Below, in pieces: positions 1-12,884 of a stretch of 64,000 bases of DNA. The stretch's first letter is position 1. Each line of letters starts with the position of its first letter. Made by a program: the position numbers and the translations under genes. The stretch comes from Fimbriosthenelais zetlandica. Its lineage: Eukaryota. Below the pieces are notes generated by a model, which did no database searches, was not told the DNA's origin, and was given only the letters and a program-made list of their open reading frames with translations. The stretch lies in assembly GCA_977030845.1 (NCBI GenBank), contig OZ365115.1, positions 32,550,001 through 32,614,000 of the forward strand. The letters run 5' to 3'.

Positions 1-809
1 TCCAATATCCTTCACATAACACAAATTCCTATCATCTCAAGGCATATATCATGTTAATTGCACTTTTTTGCTTTTGGGGTTAGTCCATTGCCTGGATGTT
101 TTGTCCTGCTGGGGGCTTCTCCTTTGTTTCTGCTGTAAAAGTAAGCACCCAACACATCTGCTAGTGTCTGTGATAATTTGTCACCCACTTACTCATTAAC
201 TCACCAATTGCTCACATTTGCTCATCGCCTTTCTGAGGTCTTACTCACAAACCCAGTACCTTCTTTTTTTACATGAGCATTGCTCGCTCCAAATATGGCC
301 ATATATTGTACCCAATCATGCCGACAAGATGAAAAATGACTGGTGTTTAACGAAGAAAATTACAATGAAGTTCCCCTCCACCCCCTTTCTCTTCAAACAA
401 AAAACTCAACTTTTTCTCTTCGACATTAGTGATAAGATCATTACTTCATTCCATTTCCCGGTGCACAGTCGACGAGTGTCCCGTTTAGGTGTCTAAAGTT
501 TTTACATGACGTTGAAAGATGACTTTAAATAAAGCCTTACTTGTTTATCTAAACAATTGGCCTTCAAGATACGTCCTATATTACCAATGAACTGTTCGAG
601 TATAATATTCCGAAATGAATGTTTATACCACTTGATGTATCAAATTCATTTGATGTGGTATAATGTGGATATATATCATAGGTTATCACTATTCACCCTG
701 TGTCCTCCATCTGATCCAAGTTGATCCTGTTCACTGAGGCCTCTACTATATACACCATAGAGATGATGGATGGAAACGTACCCGTAATTCAATTACACCC
801 ATGTGTCTG

Positions 810-827
810 TATATATATATATATATA
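810..827. repeat. (TA)9 microsatellite
   Basis: Directly visible tatatatatatatatata tract. Confidence 0.9.
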
Positions 828-1610
828 CTGGTCTCTATGATATATATGGGGTGGCTTCTCAGAATGATACTTAGTCATTGGAATGACTGTGGAGGGGTAG
901 CAGCATTATCAGCTGTGAATCAGCATCTGATGTATTACATATGTATCCAAGGAATGAATCATGGATGTATTCACAAAGATCCTCCTGCCCTATCCCTCAC
1001 CCCGGCGCTATCCATTCATAGTGAAACTAGCCCATCTCTTACTCATACGACTACCCGGGTTTCTTTGTCCAAACTCTCGGACGTCGGGTCATCTCAGCGG
1101 GTGACGTTGCTACGTCCAGGACGTCATAATCAGACGATGATGCCCCTCAGGGCGAAACTCATCACATTATAGACCAGTGTTTACCTCTACCCTTATTGTA
1201 CAGTGGACGGAGAAGAAGGGGGTGCCTTCCCGGCCCTGTTCAAGCACAAAAGAATATCAAAACCCTTCCATAGAAAAAGGGTTTGAGGGTGGAATGGGAG
1301 GGATGGAGTATCCTATAGCCTATAGCAGGTGGGAGGAGGCATGGAGGTGTATGGAGGCTGCTTTTGGGGGAAGATTTGATCATGTTTTTTGTGTGTTGGA
1401 GGTGGGTGAAGTGTCAGAGGAACGTTGTGGGGGATATAATATGGGTTGGAGGTGGTAAGGGGCAATAATAAAAGCTGGAGGGGATGGGTGTTTGGGCCGG
1501 GGTGGGGAAGGGGGTGGTGGCACTGCCTTATTGTTTGAGTCTATGACACATACCTACTAGGGTTCCTTTGTTTGGTCATCCGCTGAGTGTGCACTGGCCG
1601 TGCATTACAA

Positions 1611-1636
1611 ATGCATGCATGCGTACATGCATGCAT
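1611..1636. repeat. (TGCA)n-based inverted repeat, 11-bp arms with 4-nt loop
   Basis: ATGCATGCATG-cgta-CATGCATGCAT; the arms are exact reverse complements. Confidence 0.7.
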
Positions 1637-2115
1637 ACACTGGCAGTGCGGGGTGCTTGCTCTATTGGGGGGCCAGACGTCGTAGAGTCTGCGAGGGAAA
1701 AGATGAGGATGGTGAGGAGGAAGGGGAAAAGGTGGGAGGGGGTAGTGGTAAAGGTGGGGGGGGGGGGGGTAGCAATAGTAGTAGTAGATTGTATGGGGGT
1801 AGTTGGGCAGACGGAGGAGGGTAGAGGGTGGTGTTGCTAAGAGGGTGGTGAGTCAGGGGTGCTGTGAACGCGCACGCGCGCGCGTCTGCCCTCTTCTCAG
1901 CATGCATCACAGCTGTATTGAGTCCATATTATACACCCCCAATCTATGCCCCCAACCACCCCGCCCCCCCCCCCCCCCCACCCACCCCAAGCCTACTCAC
2001 CCACCCTCCCACCCATCCCTTACCGCGCCCGTGGGCTGGGGCAGGGAACCGTCTGTATAAAGCATATTATCGCCAATCATTCGCAATCCAGCCTGCGACG
2101 ACGACTACAGTGTGA

Positions 2116-2229
2116 AAGAGAGCGTGTGTGTGTCAGAGGGGGGAGAAAGAGAGAGAGAGAGAGAGGAGCCAGAGAGTTAGGGGGAGTCTAGGAGAGACAG
2201 AGAGAGAAAGGAAGAGTGAGAGAGAGAGT
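2116..2229 (+). repeat. GA-rich / (GA)n tract, possibly part of an upstream promoter or 5' UTR region of the ZF gene
   Basis: (AG)n at 2148-2165 within a purine-rich stretch. The promoter role is inference only. Confidence 0.6.
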
Positions 2230-3662
2230 GGTCATCATACAGACTCCAACAGATTGGCTAGTCCTATCATATATACTGAGCAGCTAGAAATAGCCCCAGC
2301 AATCACAGACATCACTGCCCATTGCTCGTCCGCCACTGGCCAATACTATAAGCACCGACATCAGCCCTCACACACTCACTCACACACCAACTGGACAATA
2401 CACACATCACACGTGAACCCATGGCTTATCAACACCATTAATGAAATGGCGTCCACACTATTTCTCACTGCCAAACCATTGCCTTCTCACTGCAGAAAGA
2501 GTAGGCTCTCATCACCGTAACTGACTCAACTATATATATATACCCCTGCAGCAATCCTTTATCTGATGAGGCTTGCCTATATGACCACTACTCCGCCAGT
2601 GAACACACATGTGGACATAACACCTTTGTTCTTTCATTCACCAACTGACAACTGGACATCTGTGAAGGCGTAGCCTAAATCTTAAGCGCCATTTCTATTG
2701 AAAGTGGAGCCTATTAAAAGCCTTTGATTGTGTAACCCAGATAGACACACCTGGATTCATATCATAAAACCCCCCAATGGAGTTAACACCTGGAAAGAGG
2801 AAGGTTGGCGTCTTCCACCGGAGTACGCTCCCCCTTCATAGCGGTCCCAACGTGGTCCGAGTATCTAACCAAGTAGTACATGGAATCGTAGGTTTGTACC
2901 GGGCTACCTTTCCTATATTTGACAGTTTTCTGGCTTTCAGACTTCACAAGGCATTGTTACTATCCCCTCAATACCCGCTTGTCTGTGGATTTGGGGGAGA
3001 ATTGGTGTAGAGGGTGGTCTGTGGGAGAGTGTGCGTGAGAGGTTTTGGTGACGGGAGGTACTGTAGGAGGGAGTGGGTAGAGAAGGAGAGAATGAGCACT
3101 GCTGTCGGTGGGGGCTGGCTGGGTGATTGGGGAGCAACTCAGTAGGGGTGAGTGACCGTGATATATTATGAAGCCATACGCTCAGTGTTGAGATGGTCGG
3201 GTGGGGAGGTGGGTACGGGGTAGAGGGTTATTGTGTTATGCCTCTTATATGACATGCTATTCATCACTCAGCAATTGGACACACTGAAGCTGAACATAAC
3301 TCACTGTGATGTTATGGGAATGACAGATCGCTGCCTATTACCACAGCCAGTGTCACCATACCAATACATATGGGTGTTCAGGCGATGTCAATGCAAGAGA
3401 TTTTTTTGTTCCATCATATGGTGATGGGACAAATAGCCTTGGTGTATCCTGACTCTATAGTGCCGTCCATATATATATAAGCCATTCTTCTGCTGGATAA
3501 AGCGATAGAACAATAAGAAATCAGAACAACTAGCCATTCCCCATGTGAGCGAGTATAGATAGACACTTTATAGTAGAGCTGTGATAATCACCAACTATTT
3601 GTTTCGGTCACTGTTTTTCTTCCCCACATGTTATCAGCCTGCCTTGGTCTTGTCAGATCCAA

Positions 3663-3670
3663 TGACGTCA
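3663..3670. promoter_or_regulatory. Full CRE palindrome TGACGTCA (CREB/ATF site candidate)
   Basis: Exact match to consensus; further copies at 34033-34040 and 55226-55233. Function untested. Confidence 0.3.
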
Positions 3671-6600
3671 CAGCACCTCAAACTCCCTCCGAGCACTTTA
3701 TTCTTTGTCAACGATCCCTTAGTCACTAGGAGTAGGATATGACGTAGGACAATTAGTCACCCTTGTCATATCTCCACTTGAAATCGCTAGTCTCCCGGGA
3801 CCTGACACATACACACATGCGTCTGACTGCATGCTTAGCAAACACTTGCACGAAATTAAACTTGGATCGGGGCCCCGAATATTCCATCAGATTGCTCACA
3901 GATTGCTTTAGCATTCATTGCCCATAGCTGACCCTGAAACCCATATCCCCTCCCACACCCGCTAGCCTTACTGCTCATTCCGCTCCTTAATAAAAAGTGG
4001 AGCGGTTGGAAGCATGGGGGATATAGATCCGGGTGTATGTTTATAAAATATTACCGCTAGTTTATAAGCCACCCCTGCCAGTTCCTTACAAGGCAGTTAG
4101 ACCTCCCCTTGCCAAGAGGATGGGGGATTTAACTAGGAATCCCTTAGGCGCCAGACCTTAAGCCTAATTAATACGGTATGAGGGGCTTGGCATGTTAGAG
4201 ATTATTTTCATGTTATATTCAGCTATATACCACCTCGTGTAACTCACACATATATACCCACACATCCCGCCCAGGGCTGGCTCCCACCAAGTGTTTCTCA
4301 TTGATCTATTGATTGTCCGATAATCGATCAATATTTGGGGTGGATTATAGAGCTTCTCATAGAGAATAAGTTTGATATTACCCCTCCCAGCACCCTCCTC
4401 CACCATTGACTACACCCCCTTCACATGATGGTAACTATTATATGCTGGCTTGTTTGTCTGTGCCGTTACCAGTATACAATAACCAAGTGATGACAACAGT
4501 CACTACTGCTTCCAGGTATACATTTCAAAACAGGGGCGGAGAAATTATTGACATCACCTCACTCCATCAAAACAACAGAGTTCTGTTTTCTCAGAGGAAT
4601 TACCCCGAGTCATATAGCCATGTGCCTATACTACTCACACCGCATAGTGAGCTATAGGTTTGACTCACGGACAAAAACGCCGCAGTGAGACCTAAAACCC
4701 ATCCCTGACTACCATTCAGTCCCATACAGCATATATATGCTGAATAATCGTATTTATAATAGATGGGAATTTTATTTCTAGTTGAATTGCAGGCCATAAA
4801 GTACACAAACTTTAAACAGCTGATCCACGCATTTTGGGGGAAAGACTGAATAAAAATGTTCAACTTATTTTTATTAATTACGTAAAGGATGGGCCTTTCA
4901 TAAGATGGAATTCAAAATGAATGGTATGGCGTAAAATGTCTGAGGCTGAATGCTTACAAAAGAACACTTCACATGTAAAAAGATATAGGCCTAGTCTGAG
5001 GATGGATATTGGCTTAAAGGTCAGGCGTGCCCTAATCAAATATCACTGCCATCTACTACTGATGGCTGAGTGAATGTGGGTCGTTCCACATGACCAATTT
5101 TCCTCTCTCACTCAGGGAGGCTGGCATTACATCTGGGCTACACTATCCCAATATTCTTATCGGTAGGCAATGGAGTGAACATATCCTAAAGCTGTTATAC
5201 CATCAGCCACATCTATTGATTATCAAATGGTCATTTAAATATAATAGTGAACAGAGAATATTAATGTTGAATAATATTCAGCAGATGTGCCTGGAATCAA
5301 TAGGAGAGTCGGTTTATAACTCGCCTGTGTGGTACCCAGCCTCAGCCTATTGAGACAGACTTATTATAGGGTAAAAATGCTGCCTTTTGGGGAGTGTGTA
5401 CTTGGAATATTGTGGCCGCAAAGTGTTTTGTCACTAAGTAGAATACATTTATTCCAGACAGGTATTTACCTTACATCCGTTACCCTTCCAAGTGCATTTT
5501 TACAGGCGCTTATATCATAGATAATATGCAAGTATGGCAGAGCATTGATGCTTAATTTGCATTAACAAATTATAAAGGCCCACACAAATTGCAAAACTAC
5601 AAGAGGTTCCATCGAAAGTTTGGCATATTTTCTTGATATGCATATAAAAAATAGATCATCATATCATCTTAAAGAAAATATGTTGCTGGGTGGTTGAAAG
5701 ACGACCATGAGTGTATATGAAAGGGCTAACATGTATATCTTCCCTTTATTGACATTCGCCGGGGGCGATCCCATCCCATAATAGTCCAATGAGTTGCTCA
5801 TCTTTTTGTGGATCAAACTGTCGCCGGCCGGAAGGGGGAGTTCTCACCAGCTAGACCTGCCATGGACTGCTATATAGATTTTTCCCGGACCACTGCACTG
5901 CTAAATTAGTCTTACATATCTCTGACTATCGGGAGGCGTGGGGGCCAGGGGGAGATAGGTGTTATTTATTACTTTTTCCCATGGTCCCAGTCAGAGTAAT
6001 GTGTCATCACATTGTTTTTTTTACTCATAATTGTGCTCAGGTGGGACAATGGGGTGGTAACAAACTGATCAAATCTATTCAAATTGCTGCATAAATTACA
6101 ACAGTCACATTCAATAGCACGAAAGTGACTGGATATTTCTCCGGGAAATCCACAAATATCTCCTATGTCAATGGCTTTCATAATTGTAGCCTAATAGTAG
6201 AGACATTGGTGTATGGGGTAAAATGTCTAGGTCCTTAAAAGTACTGTGGAGGTGGGGCAGGTGTGGGGGATGCAGGTGTTGACTCCAGACACTCTGGCAG
6301 CTGGTAGGTGGCAAGCAGATCTCACCCCTCCATCACATATATTAGGCGGGGTGTTGGCGGGCACGCTTTTGTGTGGGCTATGTCCTCTGTGTGGTAAAAC
6401 CAGCCATGCGTGCATTTGGGTGTACTGCCAGCAGAGATCCAAAGCCCGACCATCTGGCGCTGTTTGCAGACAATTAAGATTTAATTAGGATATGTATTCA
6501 GATGAGCTCTGAAAGGGATCAGGTGAGGGAAATATTAAAATTTTAATATTAAAAGGGCTGCAGAGTTAATGCCCATTCACACAGAATTTTCAAAGGATAT

Positions 6601-8742
6601 TTCTTTTAGATTTAGATCTCTAAATAAAAGATTATTTTCCCATTGGCATCCTTTCAAAGGATCTTGTCTTACATAAAGGGAATAGGTAACATGTTCTATC
6701 TGTATCGATGTCTGTGGTAGAGATGTAATAAACATGTTTATAGTCAGAGGTTCATTTGAGTGTGAATGAAGCATTTCTATGGATTTACTTCCAAGTAGTG
6801 TTTGTCAAAAGTTAAACATCCATTGTAGATGTTATTAAATTACTCTGAGGGAAGCCATTGATCACACGTTGTTATGAGTGAGTACGTGCAGTGAATTAGT
6901 CTATTAAAGGCATATGATTATGAGTATTATTTCAATCCCTTCACAAATAAGGTTTCCCAAAGCACCAATGCTTCATATGAGGGGATCATTGGTACATACA
7001 TAGTGCTTGGTGGTGGGCAAAATGTTTGATGCTCTCACGTACAAACCTGCCTATCTCGAGTGCTAAGTATGGGTCATTTTAAGAAGAAAAGTACCATATA
7101 TTCTAAACCCACCCACCCAGCATATGCTCTTGAAAGCACCTACCTTACTCCACTCATCTCCACCACTCACACACACCATTGTTTATTAGAGCTAACCTTG
7201 TGTTTACTGCCCCATGATAAGATGCAGATCCTGGTCATTGACCTAAAACCAGCTCTCAACTACTCCGAGCGAGTGTAATTTGCTCAACACTCGTATCTCT
7301 AACGACTGGGAGATATAGGCAATTCTATCTTGATAAGAGTGGGCGCATTGATTTATGTGCTTCATTATTATTGCTTTGGAGGCTGGAGCGACCTATTGTA
7401 TGTATATGATAGCATGTGATGAAATAACCCATATGGCCTTTATGGCCTCCATCAGAGGGTTTTTTGTGTCCTGCCAACATTGAAGGAGACATGCTCGATG
7501 TTTTCAATCATGTTTTTGTTAATGATGGTGCAGAGAAAAAAACATTTATACATCAAGATATGATATGACTGCTATCATAGGCCTTTCACCGCGGGGACCA
7601 TTTAGTTAAATTATGTTCATAAAACCAAGGTTTTTTTTTAGCTGGCCATAGCTGCATTAATTCTATCTATGCTATGTTTAATATTATTGTGATATGGTGG
7701 CGGTTCTATCGCCATTCGTATATCTATAGGTCTTTAGAAACGATATCATAATGGAGTTTCTCAATTAGAAGTGAATGCGTAATTGTATACTCAATGAATT
7801 GAATGGTATTGTGGAATTTTTAAAACCATTTCACATGCATTGAGCCAAATTACATGCATGTATGGAGCGTTGGGGGTAATAAATACAATCCCATGGTGGC
7901 TATCTGGGAAGCTTTTGTCTATATATTATTGTGGTATCAGCATCGCGTGCCTACATCCCTAAAAATGCAATTCATAAAAAGATATCATGATAAGCCGAAT
8001 TGGAAATCGATATTGCATGTTTAAATGATGCCACCGCTAACGTAATAGGTATTTACATATATAATTGTTGGCCCCAATCCAAGTTGGGCATTGTAAAAAC
8101 TGAGGAATTAAATTTTAATGTGTAATTAAACCAGAAGACATACCATTATGTATGCAATTATATTGACGATAATACCACCGGAAAAACTCGAAACATTTTG
8201 GGATCGGACATTCAATGTTCACAGTGGTATATACGCCATACACCCACTCCAACTCCCAATCAATGGACCCTAATCACATACAATTATTGCGCGTTTTCCC
8301 CATAGCATATGGGTGGCAGAATTCCAGTATCTGATATTAATTCCCATTAAAAAATTCTTATCAGATTACTGCTTGGTATAGAGTTATTGCTGACAAACAC
8401 GAGATAACATAATCGATAGTATAAACCGAAAAAAATGGTCATTTTTAAGCTACGTATAATGAATATTTCTATAATTTCCCTGTATGATGCCGGGTGGTAT
8501 TCCATTATATATGAGCCACTCATTGATAGTATTGAATCATTTCCAAGGACAATTATCTGTGTATTAGCCATTAAAACGAGCAATCTACTCAAAATATTGA
8601 CTAATGAAACGATTAATGCAATTTCCTTGTACATACCCTGATGACAAAACCCAAATAAAATAGCATCTTGTCCAATTTATATATTTTGGTAACGATTCCA
8701 TGTTTTAGCAATACTGATGTTTCGTATCTTTATATTTTTCAG

Positions 8743-8808
8743 CTGAGGGTAACATATCAACTCGTGGCGACCTCCATGGAGTAACTTCACCTGTGATTTC
8801 TGTAAGAC
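8743..8808 (+). other. 5' UTR portion of the first coding exon of the ZF gene (implies at least one upstream non-coding exon)
   Basis: Strong acceptor tatctttatatttttcag| ending at 8742. An in-frame TAA at 8782-8784 lies upstream of ATG 8809. Confidence 0.6.
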
Positions 8809-10603
8809 ATGAAGCGACAATTTGATGATCAACAACTAGCATCCCTCAGTAATCCTATTCCCTCTAGTTCCCCTTCTGATACAAGTGCCGACACCAACAA
8901 CTCTTCTACCACCTCCATCCAAGCTTCCCCCTGCAAACGCCTTAACCCCATCACTAGTGTCAACAGAAGGTTCTCCAAGAAACCGCGTCTTAGTGGCTAC
9001 GACGAAGGCTACACCGACGACATCTTAGGACACCGAGAGACATTTCCTTTCAACGGTGTCAACCTGTGTGATAGTTTTGCTGAGAGCACTCATCACGCTG
9101 ACGGGTTCTTCTCTGGATCCACCAGTACAGATCTTGAAGGTTGTGACAGTCACAGTGAGCCTGGGGTGTCACCGTCAGTGACAGCTACGTCACTGCGATA
9201 TCCACAGGAACTGAAAGCAGCGACCAAGGTCAGTGAATACCTTCCTTCCTCCCAGCAGTTGGTGCATCAGCATCCTGAGACTGCTAGTGAGGCTCCCCAA
9301 CAACGTGAGGTCGACTCCACAACCACTAACACAAACATGAGGTCTAAACCGGAACCGGAACGGCTCATAGCCGAGAAAATGGACATAGACATGGAGGACG
9401 GCCACCCTCTGGGTGCCGAGTCTCCCGAACCTCCCATAGCCAGGCCTTTCCCCTGTATATGGCTGGACCGTAGCCAGGACCCGATGATGTGCAAGGAACC
9501 CCAGACAGAGACAATGAAGGTGCCTAACCTTCACGACGTCATGGTGACCAGCAGTGACATGCGCAATGGCTCTGATGGTGTTGCGCATGAAACCGGAAGT
9601 CAGCCGAGTGATGACGAGGCACGTCATACTCCCCAGCCTGCTCAGGGTATAGACTCTCAGCATAGTGTTGAAGCTCAACAGAGGGCCACGCTCGAACAGA
9701 CCATGCAGCAAATAATGAATGAGCGTTCACAGGTTGAACGGTCACCAGTTGAAAGGTCACACATGGACAGATTACAAATGGAAAGGTCTCCAATGGAGAG
9801 ATCTCAATTGGAGAGAAACCAGTTGGAACGTTCACAAATGGAGAGGTCCCCAATGGAGCGATCGCAGATGGAGCGATCCCAAATGGAACGTTCCCAGATG
9901 GAACGATCTCAGCTTGAACGTTCCCAGATGGAGCGTTCTCAGATGGAGCGCCCATCATTGGAACGATCTCCATTGGAGAGGTCACAGATGGAAAGATCTC
10001 AAATGGAGAGAGACCGCTCTCCTATGGAACGGTCACCACTGGAGAGAGAGCGATCCCAAATGGAAAGATCGCCTCTGGAACGATCCCAAATGGAAAGGTC
10101 GCAAATGGAACGATCCCAATTGGAGAGGTCGATGTTGGAGCGCTCACAAATGGAAAGGTCCCAATTGGAGCGTTCCCAACAATCCCAGCATTCCCCACAG
10201 CATCATTCCCTTTCATCCCTGCCTCCCATGCATCCTTCCCAGCATCCCCAGCGCCCCATGCATCCTGGGGAGCATCCCCATCAACCCCTAAATCCCCATC
10301 AGCCTAACGGCTACCCATCTATGAAAGAAGGCCTTACCCCCTCCCCCTTGAAGAATGGTCTCTCAGCGCACCATCACTTCAATGGTCTTCCACCTGAGGG
10401 TACAACGGTGGTGGGACCTGACGGCGAACCCCTCACCCTGGAGGTATGTCCAGAGTGTAACAAGGTGTTCAAACGCCGGGTCTACCTACAGCGGCACATG
10501 GAAAGAGAACACTGGTCCACGGCCAAAGTGTTCAAGTGCAGCGACTGCTCGTATGAAACCAAACATCAGAGTAACTTGTCAGTCCACCGCCGTATACACA
10601 CAG
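8809..10603 (+). CDS. C2H2 zinc-finger protein, coding exon 1: bipartite NLS-like motif, acidic/S-rich IDR, ERSQM repeat array, fingers 1 and 2
   Basis: Long ORF. ZF1 CPECNKVFKRRVYLQRHMEREH at 10447-10512; ZF2 CSDCSYETKHQSNLSVHRRIH at 10537-10599. Phase-1 donor ACAG|gtgagt at 10604 splits the TGERP linker. KR-x12-KKPR at 8935-8988. Confidence 0.92.
9721..10182 (+). repeat. Coding pentapeptide tandem array, 30 units of E-R-S-(Q/P)-(M/L), two units extended to 7 aa
   Basis: 154 aa translated from the ORF; synonymous codons vary between units. Confidence 0.95.
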
Positions 10604-12884
10604 GTGAGTTAAATCATTCCTCAACTAACTTCCCTATCAATAACAATTAATACTCTCTCATGTCAAAATTAACTCACTAATCTCTTTTGTTCATAATTAA
10701 TGATGTTTTTTGCACTATTACAAGAATGTAAAATCTTTAAGAACATTTTAATTCATTACTTTGTTTAATCCATGCTTACCCGTGACTAAGATATTTCTCA
10801 CAAGTCTATAATGCTATTTCAATTCATCTCATATTGAATCTCCTTTGTATGATGTAAATATTGCATTACACATTTTAAAAGTGTTTACTGGTGATAAGAG
10901 TTGGTATTTCTTACATGGTCTTGAATATATATCATTTTGTGTATTTATTGACCCATGATTTATACTGTCATGTCCTGTGCTGATTGAATAGGCTGATATA
11001 GGGTTTACTTGTCATTACAAATATCTTTTCCATTGAGAAATGTTTCAAAAATAGTGTGCGCTCCTGCCATCCACTTGGTTTGAATTCTTCTAAGGTTTCA
11101 CATATATCATGTTGTTAACGCCTTTGTGAATTAGTTTGGTTTGTTGGGGCGCTGTCGATCGAGTTGCCAGCCTTTCCTCTCTCATCTATGTTCAGTCCCG
11201 CCTTTTCCCCTATATCTTGAATCTTATCAATCGCCCTATACACCTACTCAATCCTATGGTATTCCCTACACGCCCCCTTATCAGTGATAAGGGACGATTT
11301 TGAATTCAATCCATTTGAATGTGAACCTACTGATCAAAAGCGCCAACTTATATGTTAAAAAGAACTCCTGTAATCTGTCTCCATCGCGACGCCCTATAGC
11401 TGGCCCTTTCTTTGATAAGCTCTCTTTGACAGGGCATATCTCATTTATGATTGAAATGACGCATATATTCTAATGTTCCCTACAAAAGAGATGCTATTAC
11501 AAAATGCCAACTAATTTGACAGATCTTTCCCCCAACAAAGGCCGTAATCGGATCCTGGGAGTCTTGCTGACTCTCTGCCACAACCCCCAGAGTGGATTTG
11601 GCATTAATGTTATCTATGGCTTTTCATGTAAAGCATTTTAATCTGTCTTTCGTAAATCCCAAAGTGCTCCGAGCTTTTCTCCTACAGACTATAGGCCAGG
11701 TGCCAGTTGGCCTGCTGTCACTGATTATATATTGTATACCACCTCCATACTCCATCAAAACGAATTGTTTCCATTCTCAATGTCAGCAATTTAATTCATT
11801 TCTCATATTTCAATATTCCTTTTGTCACCCCCTCCCTCCGTTTTTATACTTTTCTAATCCACTCGCATGGGTAATCCAATCGGACTTTTAGCCTCTTTCA
11901 TCACAAAGTGCCAGGCCGCCTATAGGCGCAATGGTTTATCAATGGTGCTAACATAGAAATGCAGGTGCTGCATTCCCCACTCCACATAGCCTTTTCAATG
12001 CTCAGAGGACAAAGGCGAGGAACAATTGTATATGTCGCTATCAATGGCCTGCCTAAAGTTTTTAAAAACTCCACTCTAATTCTTCCCTCATTCCACTGAT
12101 TCCAATCTCCAAAACTGTATATACAATCTCACGCCTGATGCGTCACGCCCTGCGATAGGCCACTTCCTAAATGAATTTAAGGCTTTAAAAAGAGGGAGCA
12201 ATTGTAGAAAATAGGCCCTGAGGAAGGCTGAGTGTTCACGTCTCTGATATCTTAAATGCTTTAAGCTGTATATAACCGGATTAGCTTTAAATATAAATGG
12301 ATTCACAATTCAGAAAAAAATATTTAAACTATTGAAGGAAGGGCCCCTGATACAGTGGGAGAATATGTGCTTGTATTTGATAAGACAAATGGTATGGAAG
12401 AGAGAATTCTTTTAATATCTCTGTCTCTGATTCCCCAAGCCAAGCTAAGACACACCAAAATGAATTTGATTCATCACTGCTAGCTTTTTTTCCCAGGTCA
12501 TATCTCTGTTTCAATTGAGGCGACTAAGGGATTTATTCCCAAGGAACATAACACAAACAATGCCTCATACAATTAAATTAATATGTGCGGAAGAAAAGCT
12601 ATATTAATTATTAAATCAAGAGGAAGAGGACTTGGGACTATATTATTAATTCCAGCCATTGTAATTGCATTCGCCCCACTGTGGCTACATAAGAATCGTC
12701 AAGCTAAGGTTTTTTAACGGCTTTAGTGATGCAAAGACGGGAGTATTTTACTCCTGGCTGCTGCACTATCATTTATAGCCTTGTAAGAATCATACTTAAA
12801 GTAACTCCTTCAGTCCCCTTACTGAATACATCAATGCACATGTATGACTTTTTGCTCCTCCAGATTCCACAGTTTTGCAATTAA

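Noticed and set aside
1568-2520. Numerous Gly-, Pro- and Glu/Arg-rich ORFs
   Set aside because: Explained by poly-G, poly-C and (GA)n tracts; no splice or domain support.
9190-10612. Overlapping and antisense ORFs across the ZF exon (for example the 190-aa Trp-rich ORF 9719-10291 and minus ORFs 9190-9711, 9539-9985)
   Set aside because: Shadow ORFs produced by the 15-nt coding periodicity and codon bias of the real frame.
10604-10650. ORF-track C-terminus GELNHSSTNFPINNN*
   Set aside because: Read-through into the intron past a strong gtgagt donor that splits the TGERP linker; no AATAAA follows closely.
11275-11293. Resemblance to the bacterial tet operator core (TATCAGTGATA)
   Set aside because: Flanking bases differ from tetO and the context is native metazoan intron with no vector sequence; treated as a GATA palindrome.
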